Shown here in pieces: positions 29,776 through 39,552 of a stretch of 64,000 nucleotides of DNA. The first letter of the stretch is position 1. Every line of letters begins with the position of its first letter. Source of the stretch: an archaeon. GTDB lineage: Archaea > Micrarchaeota > Micrarchaeia > Anstonellales > Bilamarchaeaceae. The notes beneath the pieces were generated by a model. It searched no databases. It saw only the letters and a program-made list of their open reading frames with translations, and had not been told where the DNA came from. The DNA is taken from contig JAGVNI010000007.1 in assembly GCA_020053355.1 (NCBI GenBank), positions 70,838-134,837 on the forward strand, written 5' to 3'. A program made the translations under genes and the position numbers.

Positions 29776-30360
29776 ATGGAATCCCTCTTTGAAAGATACG
29801 GCCGGCATGCCGGGCTGGTTTCCCCGCTCGTCTTCCTCGTCTTTACGCTAGCCGCTATTTCCAATTTCCTCGGATACGACCCTTCAACGCATTACATCAG
29901 CGACCTCGGAGTCAATCCCCATTCGGCAATCCTCTTCAACGTCGGGGTACTGCTTTCCGGAATCACCGGCATCGCATTTTCCCTCCACCTCTGGAAGCGC
30001 ATGCCTGCAGGGGCGGCGAAATCCGGGGCTTTCCTTATGGGCGCGGCCCTCATGCCCTTCACGCTCCTCTCGGTTTTCACCGAGGCAGCCTTCGCCGTCC
30101 ATTTCATCCTTGCCATCATGTTCTTCTCCCTGGCGCTTGCCTCATTAATACTGGTGGGGGCCGGCCTGAGGTTCGAAGATGGGCGCATCGGGGGGTTCTC
30201 TCTTCTGATGGGCGCTTTAATCATGCCTTTGCCGTTTTCGGGATTCCACCCATTGGCGGAGCATGTCGCCGTCGCCGCGATACTCGCGTGGTCGTTGATC
30301 ATGTGGGCATATCTTGGCCGCCAGAACGAGTATATGCGCTACGAATGGATTTGGATGTGA
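29776..30360 (+). CDS. Hypothetical integral membrane protein
   Basis: 194 aa with 5-6 hydrophobic helices. Confidence 0.5.
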   Translation: MESLFERYGRHAGLVSPLVFLVFTLAAISNFLGYDPSTHYISDLGVNPHSAILFNVGVLLSGITGIAFSLHLWKRMPAGAAKSGAFLMGAALMPFTLLSVFTEAAFAVHFILAIMFFSLALASLILVGAGLRFEDGRIGGFSLLMGALIMPLPFSGFHPLAEHVAVAAILAWSLIMWAYLGRQNEYMRYEWIWM

Positions 30361-30388
30361 GGGCCAGAGCGCCATTTCCCCGCCAGAT

Positions 30389-31270
30389 TCAATCCGGCTC
30401 TATATGGATGCTGACTTCCTTGACTCTGGGCACATCCCGGAGGATTCTCGTCTCGATGTCATGCGATATCTGGTGGCCCCGGACGACGCTGGTGGAATGC
30501 GGCAGGTGGATGTGCAAATCGACCAGAATCCTGCTTCCGGCAATGCGCGCCCGGACCTTGTGGTAGCGGGTAATTCGTTTCGAGCCCTGCTCGTCCGCCA
30601 AGACCCCCTCGATTGCCCGCATAGTCGCCTTGTCCGGGCTGAAATCCATGAAAACGAAGAATGAGTGCTGGAGAAGCTCCAGCGAGATGTAAAGCATCAC
30701 CGCGCCTACGACTGCTGCGCCAAGGGGGTCGCCAATGGGGTAGCCGAGCCGGACGAGGATGAGGCCGAGGAGGACGGAAGCTGAGCTGATGACATCGGTC
30801 GTGAAATGGGCAGAGTCGGCTTCCAGGGCTGAGCTTCCCTCCTTCTTAGCGATGTCGCCAAGATACCTGGAGGTGAAAAGCGTCACAGGTATGGATATAA
30901 TCATGAGGATGATGCCTGCCTCGGAGAATTCCACGCCTCCGGGGGAGGAGAACTTCTGGTAAGCCTCGAATATGACCACAAAAGCTGTGCCGGTGATGAG
31001 GAGCGCCTGGAGCAGCGAGGAGAGGTTCTCGAATTTCTCATGGCCGAAATGGTGCGTGTGGTCTTCGGGCTCCTCGGCCTTTTTTATCCCCAGATACGCC
31101 AGCACAGATGCGAGGAGGTCGAAGAACGAATGCGCCGATTCAGCGTAAAGGCCGATGCTCCCGGTTATGGATGCCACGAAAATCTTGGAGATTAGCAGCC
31201 CCACGTTCACTGCTATGGAAAGCGACGCGGCACCGAGCTTTTTCGCCATGCGGTTTTCATGGAGAGTCAA
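30389..31270 (-). CDS. Cation diffusion facilitator (CDF) family metal efflux transporter
   Basis: HSFFDLLAS...HTHHFGHEKFE are the CDF signature motifs, followed by a C-terminal cytoplasmic domain. Confidence 0.85.
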   Translation of the reverse strand: MTLHENRMAKKLGAASLSIAVNVGLLISKIFVASITGSIGLYAESAHSFFDLLASVLAYLGIKKAEEPEDHTHHFGHEKFENLSSLLQALLITGTAFVVIFEAYQKFSSPGGVEFSEAGIILMIISIPVTLFTSRYLGDIAKKEGSSALEADSAHFTTDVISSASVLLGLILVRLGYPIGDPLGAAVVGAVMLYISLELLQHSFFVFMDFSPDKATMRAIEGVLADEQGSKRITRYHKVRARIAGSRILVDLHIHLPHSTSVVRGHQISHDIETRILRDVPRVKEVSIHIEPD

Positions 31271-31984
31271 ACATTTATAGCTTTCCTGATTAAGGGGTTA
31301 GGTGATAGATTGAACATATCCTTCATTGAATTCCTGGCCAAGCACGGGGCTATGAAATTCGGCGAGTTCACCCTGAAAAGCGGGCGGATTTCACCCTATT
31401 TCATCGATATGGGCGCCCTGACAAGCGGCGAGACCATATCTGATTTGGGCCGCTACTACGCATCGAAAATCCACGAGGCCTACGGGGACAGATTCGACGT
31501 GATTTTCGGCCCGGCTTACAAGGCGATACCGATAGCAATCAGCACCGCGATTGAGCTCAAATACCTCCACCGGATGGACAAGAAATGGCTATTCGACCGC
31601 AAGGAGATGAAGCTCCACGGGGCGGATGCCAATAGCGTCTTCGTCGGCAGCCAGAACGTCGACCACGGCGAGCGCGTCATCATCGTTGACGACGTCCTCA
31701 CGACAGGCGGCACGAAGGTCGAGGCTATCGAGAAGCTGGAAAAGACTTTGAAAGCCGAGGTCGTAGGCATAGTGATAGCCGTGGATAGGCAGGAAATCGG
31801 CAAGCGCAGGAGCGCGATTGCGGAATTCAGCGAGGAGACCGGCGTGCCGGTGCATCCGATTATCGACATCCACATGTCGTTCAACCACCTGAGGAACAAG
31901 CCGGTCGACGGCAAGGTCTACGTGAACGACAAGATATTCGGGGATTACCAGGCGTATATGGCGAAATACGGGGCGAAGTTCTGA
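31259..31984 (+). CDS. pyrE: Orotate phosphoribosyltransferase
   Basis: FGEFTLKSGRISPYFID and the PRPP-binding VIIVDDVLTTGGT. The listed start overlaps the divergent CDF start by 12 nt, so the true start may be a downstream TTG near 31306. Confidence 0.8.
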   Translation: MESQTFIAFLIKGLGDRLNISFIEFLAKHGAMKFGEFTLKSGRISPYFIDMGALTSGETISDLGRYYASKIHEAYGDRFDVIFGPAYKAIPIAISTAIELKYLHRMDKKWLFDRKEMKLHGADANSVFVGSQNVDHGERVIIVDDVLTTGGTKVEAIEKLEKTLKAEVVGIVIAVDRQEIGKRRSAIAEFSEETGVPVHPIIDIHMSFNHLRNKPVDGKVYVNDKIFGDYQAYMAKYGAKF

Positions 31985-31989
31985 ACTCC

Positions 31990-33192
31990 CTATCTCAGCA
32001 GCTTTATGCCCCTGCCCGCCTGGCTTGAAGTGGCGGTGCCAGCGTTTTTCCTTATGAACTCGGCCCCCTTCTGGTCGATTCCGGTGCCAGCCTCGAGCTT
32101 CCTCCTTACGACCTCCTGAACGCACGGAAGCCCCTTCGCTTCGGTGAAAAGCTGGATAAGCCCGGGTTCGCTCTGCTCGATGGCCGCAAGCTTGAAGCCC
32201 GCCGCGCTTCTCACCGGCATATATGAATACTCGTCATTCATGATAATCCTCAAACCGTCCGCATCCTTTTCCAGCTGTACGAAAGCCATGCCTGCAGGAA
32301 TGCGGGCGTTTTTCAGCGCGTCCCTGCCCCCGTAAGCTGCCGAATTCGACCTTGAGAATTCAATCAGCGCCTCTTTCTCGGCGGCGGTTGCGGTATCCGC
32401 CATCCTCTTTCCCGCGGCCAGCCTGACCGACAGGTGCTGGTACTCGTCCTCTGCAATCCCCATCAGTTCGTAAGGATTTGTCTCGAGAGCGACCCGTTTC
32501 ATCCCGGCGTCAATCCTTGTCTGCGTGAACATGTCCGCATGGCCGCCGATAAAATGCTGTGATGACCTTGATATCCCGTCCAGCAGGTCCTTATCCTCCA
32601 TAGTCGCGTTCCTGACTAACTTGGCCCTTGCTGATACTCTCACCGAAGGATGCTGGTAATCGTCAGTCCCGATGCTGAAAAGGTTGACGGCCTCGGATTC
32701 CATTTCGACGAGTTTCATCCCGGCAGCCACCCTTACGTCATTCAAGGGGCTCTTCGGCGCCCGGCCGACATAGAATTCGGTTGAGCGCGCAATCTGCATC
32801 AGAACCTCCCTGTCATTTTCGCTCTGGACCAGCCGCATTCCGAAGTCCCTTTTCAAATTCTCTGGCTGGTTGGATGTAAAGAGGGATTCGAGAGTCCGGA
32901 GGGTGTCAATCCTCCTCTGCTTTTTCGCGCTCACCGGTCGGCTCGGGTCGGATGCACGATATGCAGCCGTTGGCCGTGCACGCTTTTCCTCATCGGCAAG
33001 CTGCTGGTCGTATGCCGCTCTTTCGTCAGGGTCGGAAAGCACGCGGAACGCTTCGGATATGGCGACGAACCTCGCTTGGGCGCCGGGCGATTTGTCCCTG
33101 TCGGGATGCGTCTCAAGAGCCTTGTGCCGGTAGGCTTTCTTCACCTGTTCAGTCGTGGCAGCCCGGGGTATGCCTAATCGAGTGTAATAATC
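31990..33192 (-). CDS. DnaJ (J-domain) protein with C-terminal HEAT-like repeats
   Basis: DYYTRLGIPRAATTEQVKKAYRHKALETHPDR is an in-frame J domain. The only canonical start is an internal GTG at 33144. An ATG at 33194 is in the +1 frame. Confidence 0.6.
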   Translation of the reverse strand, partial: DYYTRLGIPRAATTEQVKKAYRHKALETHPDRDKSPGAQARFVAISEAFRVLSDPDERAAYDQQLADEEKRARPTAAYRASDPSRPVSAKKQRRIDTLRTLESLFTSNQPENLKRDFGMRLVQSENDREVLMQIARSTEFYVGRAPKSPLNDVRVAAGMKLVEMESEAVNLFSIGTDDYQHPSVRVSARAKLVRNATMEDKDLLDGISRSSQHFIGGHADMFTQTRIDAGMKRVALETNPYELMGIAEDEYQHLSVRLAAGKRMADTATAAEKEALIEFSRSNSAAYGGRDALKNARIPAGMAFVQLEKDADGLRIIMNDEYSYMPVRSAAGFKLAAIEQSEPGLIQLFTEAKGLPCVQEVVRRKLEAGTGIDQKGAEFIRKNAGTATSSQAGRGIKLLR

Positions 33193-33272
33193 ATCTGGCA
33201 GAAAATCACCTAATACCTAATCCTACATATAAACAAACATTTTATAACATATGCAAAATTAGGCTGCCAAAG

Positions 33273-34403
33273 CTATTTCCCCGCAATCTTCACCGCATCC
33301 ATGCAGGAATCCAGATACTCGTCGTCTATTCCGGTCACTTCGAGCCTCGTGCATTTCGCGCTCATGCCAAGGATGCCGGAGATGCTCGGGTTCGTCCTTC
33401 CGCTGTCTCCTGAAATGAGTTCCTTGATGTACGTTCCCGCCTCTGCCTTGATGATTAGCGTGGCATGCCTTGCATCCTGCCCTTCCCTGCGGATGAATTC
33501 CAGGTGCTTGATTTTCCGGTGGCGCACCAAATCAGCCCTCCGATGGGCCACGCGCGTGGGCGTCTGCTGGAGGAGCATCACGCCTTCAAGGGAGCGGATT
33601 TTCGCGGCTTCGCCCTCCCCGACATCCCCCCCGAATTCGACCTGCGCCTCATATGTCTTGTCGAAATGCGACTCAGTAACGACTTCCACGAATGAGCGGG
33701 GCACGAATCGCAGGTCCACCACTTCCACCTCGCCGCTCGCTGCGATGTCGCTGGCAAGAGTGCCGAGGTCGAACGCCCTCCTCTCCGGTGCGCTCACTTC
33801 CAGGACGAACGGCCTTCCGGCGCTGTTGGTGGCGTCGACATCCTCCCTCCCCGAAGCATGCATCACGTAATTTTTCGCCCCGGACGTTTTTTCCACCGGC
33901 TCGCCTATCCTCTCCTCGACGGATTCGTAGAATTTCCCCTTCCCTTCGCATCCTGGGCAGCCTTTTCCGTCGCATTTGGAGCATTTCCACCTGCTCTGCG
34001 AAAGGCCGGCCGCGCGTTTCTTGTACCTGCCGAATATGAACACGTCGCATTTCTGCAAATCAACGGCTCCCTTGGAAAAATCGAAAACAAGCCTGCATTC
34101 CCCCTCCGGCTGGTATTCGGCCCCGCCCGCTTTCCGGAGCGCTGAGGAAATCCTCCTATTCAGCAGGTTCTTTATGCTCTCGCCCTGCCTAAGGTGCGAG
34201 TCCCAGGCCTTCTCTTCCCTGGCCAGCCATTCCTTGTCAATCACCGTGGAGATGGAGAAGCTTTTCGCGCCATCGGCGGCAAGCATTGCAATGCCCGTCT
34301 CAATCATCCCGTCGCATTTGAGGGCTCCGCCCTCGCAAATCGCGCACTCGCCCTCCCCGAAGCGGGAACCGTTGGCCAGGTTGCAGATTTTACAGAGTAG
34401 CAT
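33273..34403 (-). CDS. pus10: tRNA pseudouridine synthase Pus10
   Basis: An N-terminal Cys-rich zinc ribbon, a THUMP-like middle and the catalytic region (HASGREDVD). This is the archaeal Psi54/55 synthase family. Confidence 0.75.
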   Translation of the reverse strand: MLLCKICNLANGSRFGEGECAICEGGALKCDGMIETGIAMLAADGAKSFSISTVIDKEWLAREEKAWDSHLRQGESIKNLLNRRISSALRKAGGAEYQPEGECRLVFDFSKGAVDLQKCDVFIFGRYKKRAAGLSQSRWKCSKCDGKGCPGCEGKGKFYESVEERIGEPVEKTSGAKNYVMHASGREDVDATNSAGRPFVLEVSAPERRAFDLGTLASDIAASGEVEVVDLRFVPRSFVEVVTESHFDKTYEAQVEFGGDVGEGEAAKIRSLEGVMLLQQTPTRVAHRRADLVRHRKIKHLEFIRREGQDARHATLIIKAEAGTYIKELISGDSGRTNPSISGILGMSAKCTRLEVTGIDDEYLDSCMDAVKIAGK

Positions 34404-34467
34404 GGTTATCCTTCAGGCTGGGGTTCTTGCGATGCCTTCCCGGCGATTCGCCCTCGACAATAGGGCT

Positions 34468-34812
34468 CTAGAAGAGCTCCCTGTGCGGTTCGGATGGAAG
34501 GGAGTTCTTTATCCTGTAACCTTCGATAATCAGCGCGGCCCTCTTTATCTTAGAGTCGAGGCCGGTCGATTCCTTCTCGCCTAGGACCTTTTCGACATAA
34601 AGGCCGAAATCAGCCAGGGTGTTGGTGCCGTTTTGCGACATCAATTTAAGCACTTCGACGACGACGCGCTTGCCCTTCTCGTCGCTGCCCCATATGCTGA
34701 GTGCGAGCGCCACCTGGTTGATGAAATGCGCCTTGTCGGATTCCGACATGCTTTTCCAGATGACGACTATCTTTTCCTTGCTCTCGTCGTTCAGAAAATC
34801 CAGTGAAACCAT
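34468..34812 (-). CDS. Hypothetical protein (114 aa)
   Basis: Complete ORF with no family recognised. Confidence 0.4.
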   Translation of the reverse strand: MVSLDFLNDESKEKIVVIWKSMSESDKAHFINQVALALSIWGSDEKGKRVVVEVLKLMSQNGTNTLADFGLYVEKVLGEKESTGLDSKIKRAALIIEGYRIKNSLPSEPHRELF

Positions 34813-34816
34813 ACAA

Positions 34817-35203
34817 TCATCCCGAAACCCAATCCCTGAAGTTCATTCTCCTGCCCGCTGATGCCAGTTCCAGCCTTTCCCCCAGGTCTACAGCGGATTC
34901 TATCGCGCGCTGGGTCATGACCGGGCTGATTGCCGCCCTCTGCGCTTCCGTCTCCTCGGCCCTCCTGACCACCATGTTCAGCTGCCTGCTGGGGGTCACC
35001 TCGCGCATGTTCTCCTCTCTTTGCCTGGGCGGGGCCTGCTGCCTATCCTCCCTTCTTTGGGTGGCGGCCCGCCGGCCCTCTTCATAGAACTCGGATACGA
35101 CTTCCGGTGTGAAGCCCTTCCGTGACCTCGCTGCTTCGTCGAGAATGTGGCTGATGAGCTGTGTGATATCCTCCTTCTTCTTCATCCCCTGTGAACCGGC
35201 CAT
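34817..35203 (-). CDS. Hypothetical charged protein (128 aa)
   Basis: Rich in Arg and Glu. Confidence 0.4.
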   Translation of the reverse strand: MAGSQGMKKKEDITQLISHILDEAARSRKGFTPEVVSEFYEEGRRAATQRREDRQQAPPRQREENMREVTPSRQLNMVVRRAEETEAQRAAISPVMTQRAIESAVDLGERLELASAGRRMNFRDWVSG

Positions 35204-35228
35204 GCTTATCTATCCGCAAGAGATTTTT

Positions 35229-36140
35229 TTAATGTTTCAGGAAGCGCCGCGAAAGCTCGGATGATGCCGCCAATACCAGGAAGAACGCGCCAACCGTCGC
35301 AGCGACCGAGACAGCCACGCCTTCACCGTAGAACGACCACCTTCCCAAAGCCGCTTTCATGAGCGCCTCGTGCAAAAGGAATATCTCCAGGCTATGGGCG
35401 CCTATGGCGGCAAGCGCAGGCCCCAGCAGGCGGAAATCCAGGACGGAAAGCACCGCGAAAATCGCAAATGGCGCAATCATCAGGGGGTTCGGGAGCAGCG
35501 AAATGATCGCGGAAGCATATGCCGGCATCTTCTGCCCCCTGGCAATGCCGATTCCGAAACAGAATTCGGCGAGGAAGAACAGCGGCGAGAACGACGTGTA
35601 CACCGCAGGCCCGGCAGAGATGCGGAAAATCGCGGTGATGATGAATGCCGCCGTCACAACCCACCTGCTCCACCGAACCAGCCGGTTGAGGTATGGGAAA
35701 GCGACATAGAACGCCATAAGCGGTATGATGAACCAGGCCGGGCTTATGATGGCGTATTCGGTATCGGGAAAGAGGAAGTCTATGAAGAGGAAATGCGTCA
35801 CTACGGCAAATGGGCCCGCATGCGTCACCTGCGTCGGGAACAATGCATAAACCGCAACAAGCGCCGGGTAATACACCGCCGCAATCCTAATCCACCTCCG
35901 TTTCAGCCAGTCGAAGGAGAACGAAACGGTGTCCTGGTATCTCGAGGCGAGGCTGTAGCCGCTCAGGATGAAAAAAAGCGATGCGCCGAAAAACCCGATT
36001 GGGCGCAGGTCTGCACTAGGCGCCAATTCGTAAAGGACGTGGAACGCCACGACAAGGGCTGCCGCGAGCGCCCGTCCGGCGTCAATCCATGCCACCCTTG
36101 TCTCTTGCGCCATCGTCCTGGCTCCGGGCCCCCCCGCCAC
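35229..36140 (-). CDS. Acyltransferase family 3 membrane protein
   Basis: WIDAGRALAAALVVAFHV is the acyltransferase_3 N-terminal motif, and the protein is polytopic. Confidence 0.6.
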   Translation of the reverse strand: MAGGPGARTMAQETRVAWIDAGRALAAALVVAFHVLYELAPSADLRPIGFFGASLFFILSGYSLASRYQDTVSFSFDWLKRRWIRIAAVYYPALVAVYALFPTQVTHAGPFAVVTHFLFIDFLFPDTEYAIISPAWFIIPLMAFYVAFPYLNRLVRWSRWVVTAAFIITAIFRISAGPAVYTSFSPLFFLAEFCFGIGIARGQKMPAYASAIISLLPNPLMIAPFAIFAVLSVLDFRLLGPALAAIGAHSLEIFLLHEALMKAALGRWSFYGEGVAVSVAATVGAFFLVLAASSELSRRFLKH

Positions 36141-38579
36141 TTAAAAGAAATGTTCGAGGCTTTTCTGCTTTCCCCCGAACTTCATGCTGTATTCGTCGTA
36201 TCCCAGTTCCTTCATGATTTTCATCACAGCCGGGAGCACCTGGTTGTTGATGTAATAGTCCGGGTCATAGTCCTTCGCGAGTTCCAGGGGCATCGCTTTT
36301 TCAGATATGCTCTTTCCCGCCTTGCCCACGACGTATGAGATTACCGTCCCCTTCTCCGCAACCAATCCGGCGGCAATCATCTTCTTTGCGGCGAACAGCT
36401 CCGGGCTGACGATTTCGTATTTCGTCGGGTCCTTGTTCAGTTGCGTGCTGATTGCGAGCTTCTCCAGGGGCACCTTCCCTGACTGCAGGTCGGCGACAAT
36501 CTCGCGGATTATCCGGACCGCCTTCTCCTTGCTTCCCTCTTTGAGAATCGCCTCGAGGACTTTCCGCTGGGTGTCCTTCGCGACAGACGACCAGTCGCGC
36601 CTAACAAGCTCGAACCCGCGGATTTTTATCCTGCCGTCCTCGCCAAGGAGCGCGTACTTCTTCTTCGCGCCCCGCTCGCCGGCGCCTTTCTTGCTGACAA
36701 ACACGCCCCGGGGGTAGAACCCCTCGAGTTCCAATTCCATCTTCTCAGGCAGGGCCTTGTTCACCTCATTCATGAAATCAAGGACGTCCTGCTTGTTCTT
36801 GTACAGGAGGAATACGCTGTCCGTATCCGAATAAAGCACCGAGAATCCCTTCCCCTCTGCGGTGGCAATCGTCTCCATGATGTGCTTCCTGCCCCACGCC
36901 GTCACGCTTTCAGCGCACGGCCGCGAATACCAGCGTGATCGCGCATAGCCCATGTAGCCGTAGAAGCTGTTCGCGAGAATCTTGAGAGCGTGCGAACGGG
37001 CCTCCATCCGGACATACGCATCGCCGGATTTGTCAAGCACCTTCAGCTGTTTTTTCAGCTCCATTCTCTTGTCTATCAGGTAGTTGAGCACGAACGGGAT
37101 TAGGCCCATCCCGCTTTTGGTGAACGCGGCGCCGGTTGGCGAAACGAAATGCCCGGCAGCCTCCGGCTTTCCGGATGCTCCGGTATCCTGCCCCGGGCCT
37201 CCTCCGCCTGCGCGCCCGCCATCTTCCGCCAGTGTGCCCGGGTCGATGTTGTACGACACGATTATCGAGGGGTACAGGCCGCGGAAGTCCAGCACCGCGA
37301 CATTCTCGTAAATCCCCGGCTCGGGGAGTTTCACGTACGCTCCCTGTATCGGCGCATTCACGCGCTCCATTATCGCGTCGCCTCCCGGCCTTGACGGTAT
37401 TATCTCCCCCCGCTCCGTCGCATGGAACATCAGCAAATTCTCCACCAGCTGGCCGCTGGTCGAAAGCGTCGTGTCGAAGAGGGGCATCTTCGCGACCCCG
37501 GAAAGCTCGGCTTCCAGGGGGAGGAACCGGGACGCGAGGGCCGATGTCAGCTCGGCGTCCACGAGGGAGTATTCGCACAGCTTGCCGATGTCATCGCTGT
37601 CCCACATCTGCCAGATTTCCTCCTTCTTAATCTTGACCTTCTTCTGCTTGAGGACGTCTTCGGCGACCGCATCGAGCGTGAATTTCTGCGTTTTTATTAT
37701 TCCGATGAATCCGAAGAACTTGACGGCCGGATAAAGGTCGAAATGCACCCGCCCGCCTATCCTTACGCCGTTTATCAGGCCCTTCTTGACCTCCTTCATC
37801 TGCCCCCCGAACCGGCCGAGGTAGAGGCGTATCCCGAGCGCGTTCGACCGGGCGGCCAGATATGGAAGGTCGAAATTAGCTGAGTTGTAGCCTACAAGGA
37901 CGTCCGGGTCCTCCTCCGCCACAATCTCGCAGAACCGCTCGAGCATCCTTTCCTCGCTCTTCATCGTTTCGACGAAACCCTGGCCCTCCGCGGCTTTCTT
38001 GTACGTGATGACGCCCTTCTTCTTCCCCGAGTAGCTTATCATCACCACCGGGTCTTTCTCCTCCCTCGGCGCGCCCTGGGGGTTGTAAGTCTCGATATCG
38101 AAACTCATGACAGAGAGCTTCGGGTCTTCCTGCTGCACGCCGATAATGCGCTTAATCACCCTTTTTTCACGCTCGTACCGGATTACGGAAAGCGGCGTGA
38201 GGCCCATGTCAAAAATAAACCTGCGGGAGAACGGAATGTTATACTCGTAGCAGGGGAAGGGGATGGCGGCCTTGACTGCCGGCACATGGGAAGGCTCGCG
38301 GCAGAACAGTTTCAGCATCTTTTTCGTTTCCTGCCCTACTTTCCTCTCCGCCACTTCCACGCGGATGGGCATGACGATTTCGCCGCTCTTCTTGACGCCG
38401 CGGGCCTGCAGGAGGTCGTCCTTGCGCTCGATTGGCGCTTCCACGTAGAAATACGGGTCGTACTGGTAGAACCTTTTGACAGTCTTCTTTCCCTTGAGGA
38501 TGAGCGTCACGTACGTCTTGCCGCCCCTTACCATGTAGCCGGCATCTATGAAGAAAGCGCGCTTCCTAGAAATAGCCAT
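36141..38579 (-). CDS. polB: Family B DNA polymerase
   Basis: The exonuclease motifs and the polymerase motif LYSDTDSVFL (YxDTDS). 812 aa. Confidence 0.9.
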   Translation of the reverse strand: MAISRKRAFFIDAGYMVRGGKTYVTLILKGKKTVKRFYQYDPYFYVEAPIERKDDLLQARGVKKSGEIVMPIRVEVAERKVGQETKKMLKLFCREPSHVPAVKAAIPFPCYEYNIPFSRRFIFDMGLTPLSVIRYEREKRVIKRIIGVQQEDPKLSVMSFDIETYNPQGAPREEKDPVVMISYSGKKKGVITYKKAAEGQGFVETMKSEERMLERFCEIVAEEDPDVLVGYNSANFDLPYLAARSNALGIRLYLGRFGGQMKEVKKGLINGVRIGGRVHFDLYPAVKFFGFIGIIKTQKFTLDAVAEDVLKQKKVKIKKEEIWQMWDSDDIGKLCEYSLVDAELTSALASRFLPLEAELSGVAKMPLFDTTLSTSGQLVENLLMFHATERGEIIPSRPGGDAIMERVNAPIQGAYVKLPEPGIYENVAVLDFRGLYPSIIVSYNIDPGTLAEDGGRAGGGGPGQDTGASGKPEAAGHFVSPTGAAFTKSGMGLIPFVLNYLIDKRMELKKQLKVLDKSGDAYVRMEARSHALKILANSFYGYMGYARSRWYSRPCAESVTAWGRKHIMETIATAEGKGFSVLYSDTDSVFLLYKNKQDVLDFMNEVNKALPEKMELELEGFYPRGVFVSKKGAGERGAKKKYALLGEDGRIKIRGFELVRRDWSSVAKDTQRKVLEAILKEGSKEKAVRIIREIVADLQSGKVPLEKLAISTQLNKDPTKYEIVSPELFAAKKMIAAGLVAEKGTVISYVVGKAGKSISEKAMPLELAKDYDPDYYINNQVLPAVMKIMKELGYDEYSMKFGGKQKSLEHFF

Positions 38580-38696
38580 GCAGCATATTCCGCATGAACA
38601 CTAATAAAAGATGGCGCTACCGCTAATGAAAATAAACCAAAAAAACGGGAAAATAATATTTTTAACAAATAAAAATGAGAAAAATATCGGAGAAGG

Positions 38697-39428
38697 TCAC
38701 CTGCGCAAGGCGGATTCCTTCTCTGTCAACTCGTGCATGACATCCTCGTGGATGAACCGCCTGCCGCCGATTTTGACGTGCGGAATCCTTCCACGGTCCA
38801 GGCGCCTCTCGAAGGCGTTCCTCTTGATGCGGATGCCTGTCTTGTGCAGCTCCTTGATGGCCTGGCTGACCGAGAAATAATTGGTGCTGATGTGCGTGAG
38901 CGATTCAATCGCGTCCCTTGGCACGAGCCTCCTCGTCCCGAACTTCACGCTCGGAATCGAGCCCTTCTCAATCCTGCCGATAAAGGCCCTGAAGTTGATT
39001 TTAGCGTTGGATTTCCGGTACTCCTCGAAGGCCTCCTTCACCGTGTAGAACTCGCTCTTGGTGCTGGTGATGTCGTCCAGGACGGACTTCGGTATGTACC
39101 TCTTCCTGCCGACCTTCACGAACGGGATAGTGCCTCTCTCTATCCTGCCGCCGAAAGCCCTGAAGGATATGAACACGTTGTTGTTCTTGAGGTAGTCGTA
39201 TGCCGAGCGCACCGAGAACAATTCATGCTTCCCCTCTAATTCGTCCTCGCTCGCCTTCTGGCGGTACAGGTTCTGCGCCACCTTGAAGACGCTGGCTACG
39301 GAGGATGAAAGCCCGCGCTCAGTCCGGTCGCGCTCGCGCTTTATCTCATCCAAGTCGATGGAGCGGAATCTGTCCACAAAGTCATCACTGATTTCGGTCT
39401 CGATTATTATCTTCTTCCCACGAGGCAT
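38697..39428 (-). CDS. Protein with three tandem excisionase/MerR-type HTH (HTH_17-like) domains
   Basis: Three units of about 50 aa with the same pattern (F/Y)(S/T)V..A......N.....AF.GRIE.G.IP.VK.G.RR.I. One example is YTVKEAFEEYRKSNAKINFRAFIGRIEKGSIPSVKFGTRRLV. Confidence 0.6.
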   Translation of the reverse strand: MPRGKKIIIETEISDDFVDRFRSIDLDEIKRERDRTERGLSSSVASVFKVAQNLYRQKASEDELEGKHELFSVRSAYDYLKNNNVFISFRAFGGRIERGTIPFVKVGRKRYIPKSVLDDITSTKSEFYTVKEAFEEYRKSNAKINFRAFIGRIEKGSIPSVKFGTRRLVPRDAIESLTHISTNYFSVSQAIKELHKTGIRIKRNAFERRLDRGRIPHVKIGGRRFIHEDVMHELTEKESALRR

Positions 39429-39552
39429 GGTTAACCACCTTTTCGTATCATTTCTTTCTCTTGTCCTTCAACTTATCCTTCTGTTATTATGTTAGTTTAT
39501 GACTATCAATGTTTATACTTATAAAACACACAATTTTTAAAGATACTGTTTG

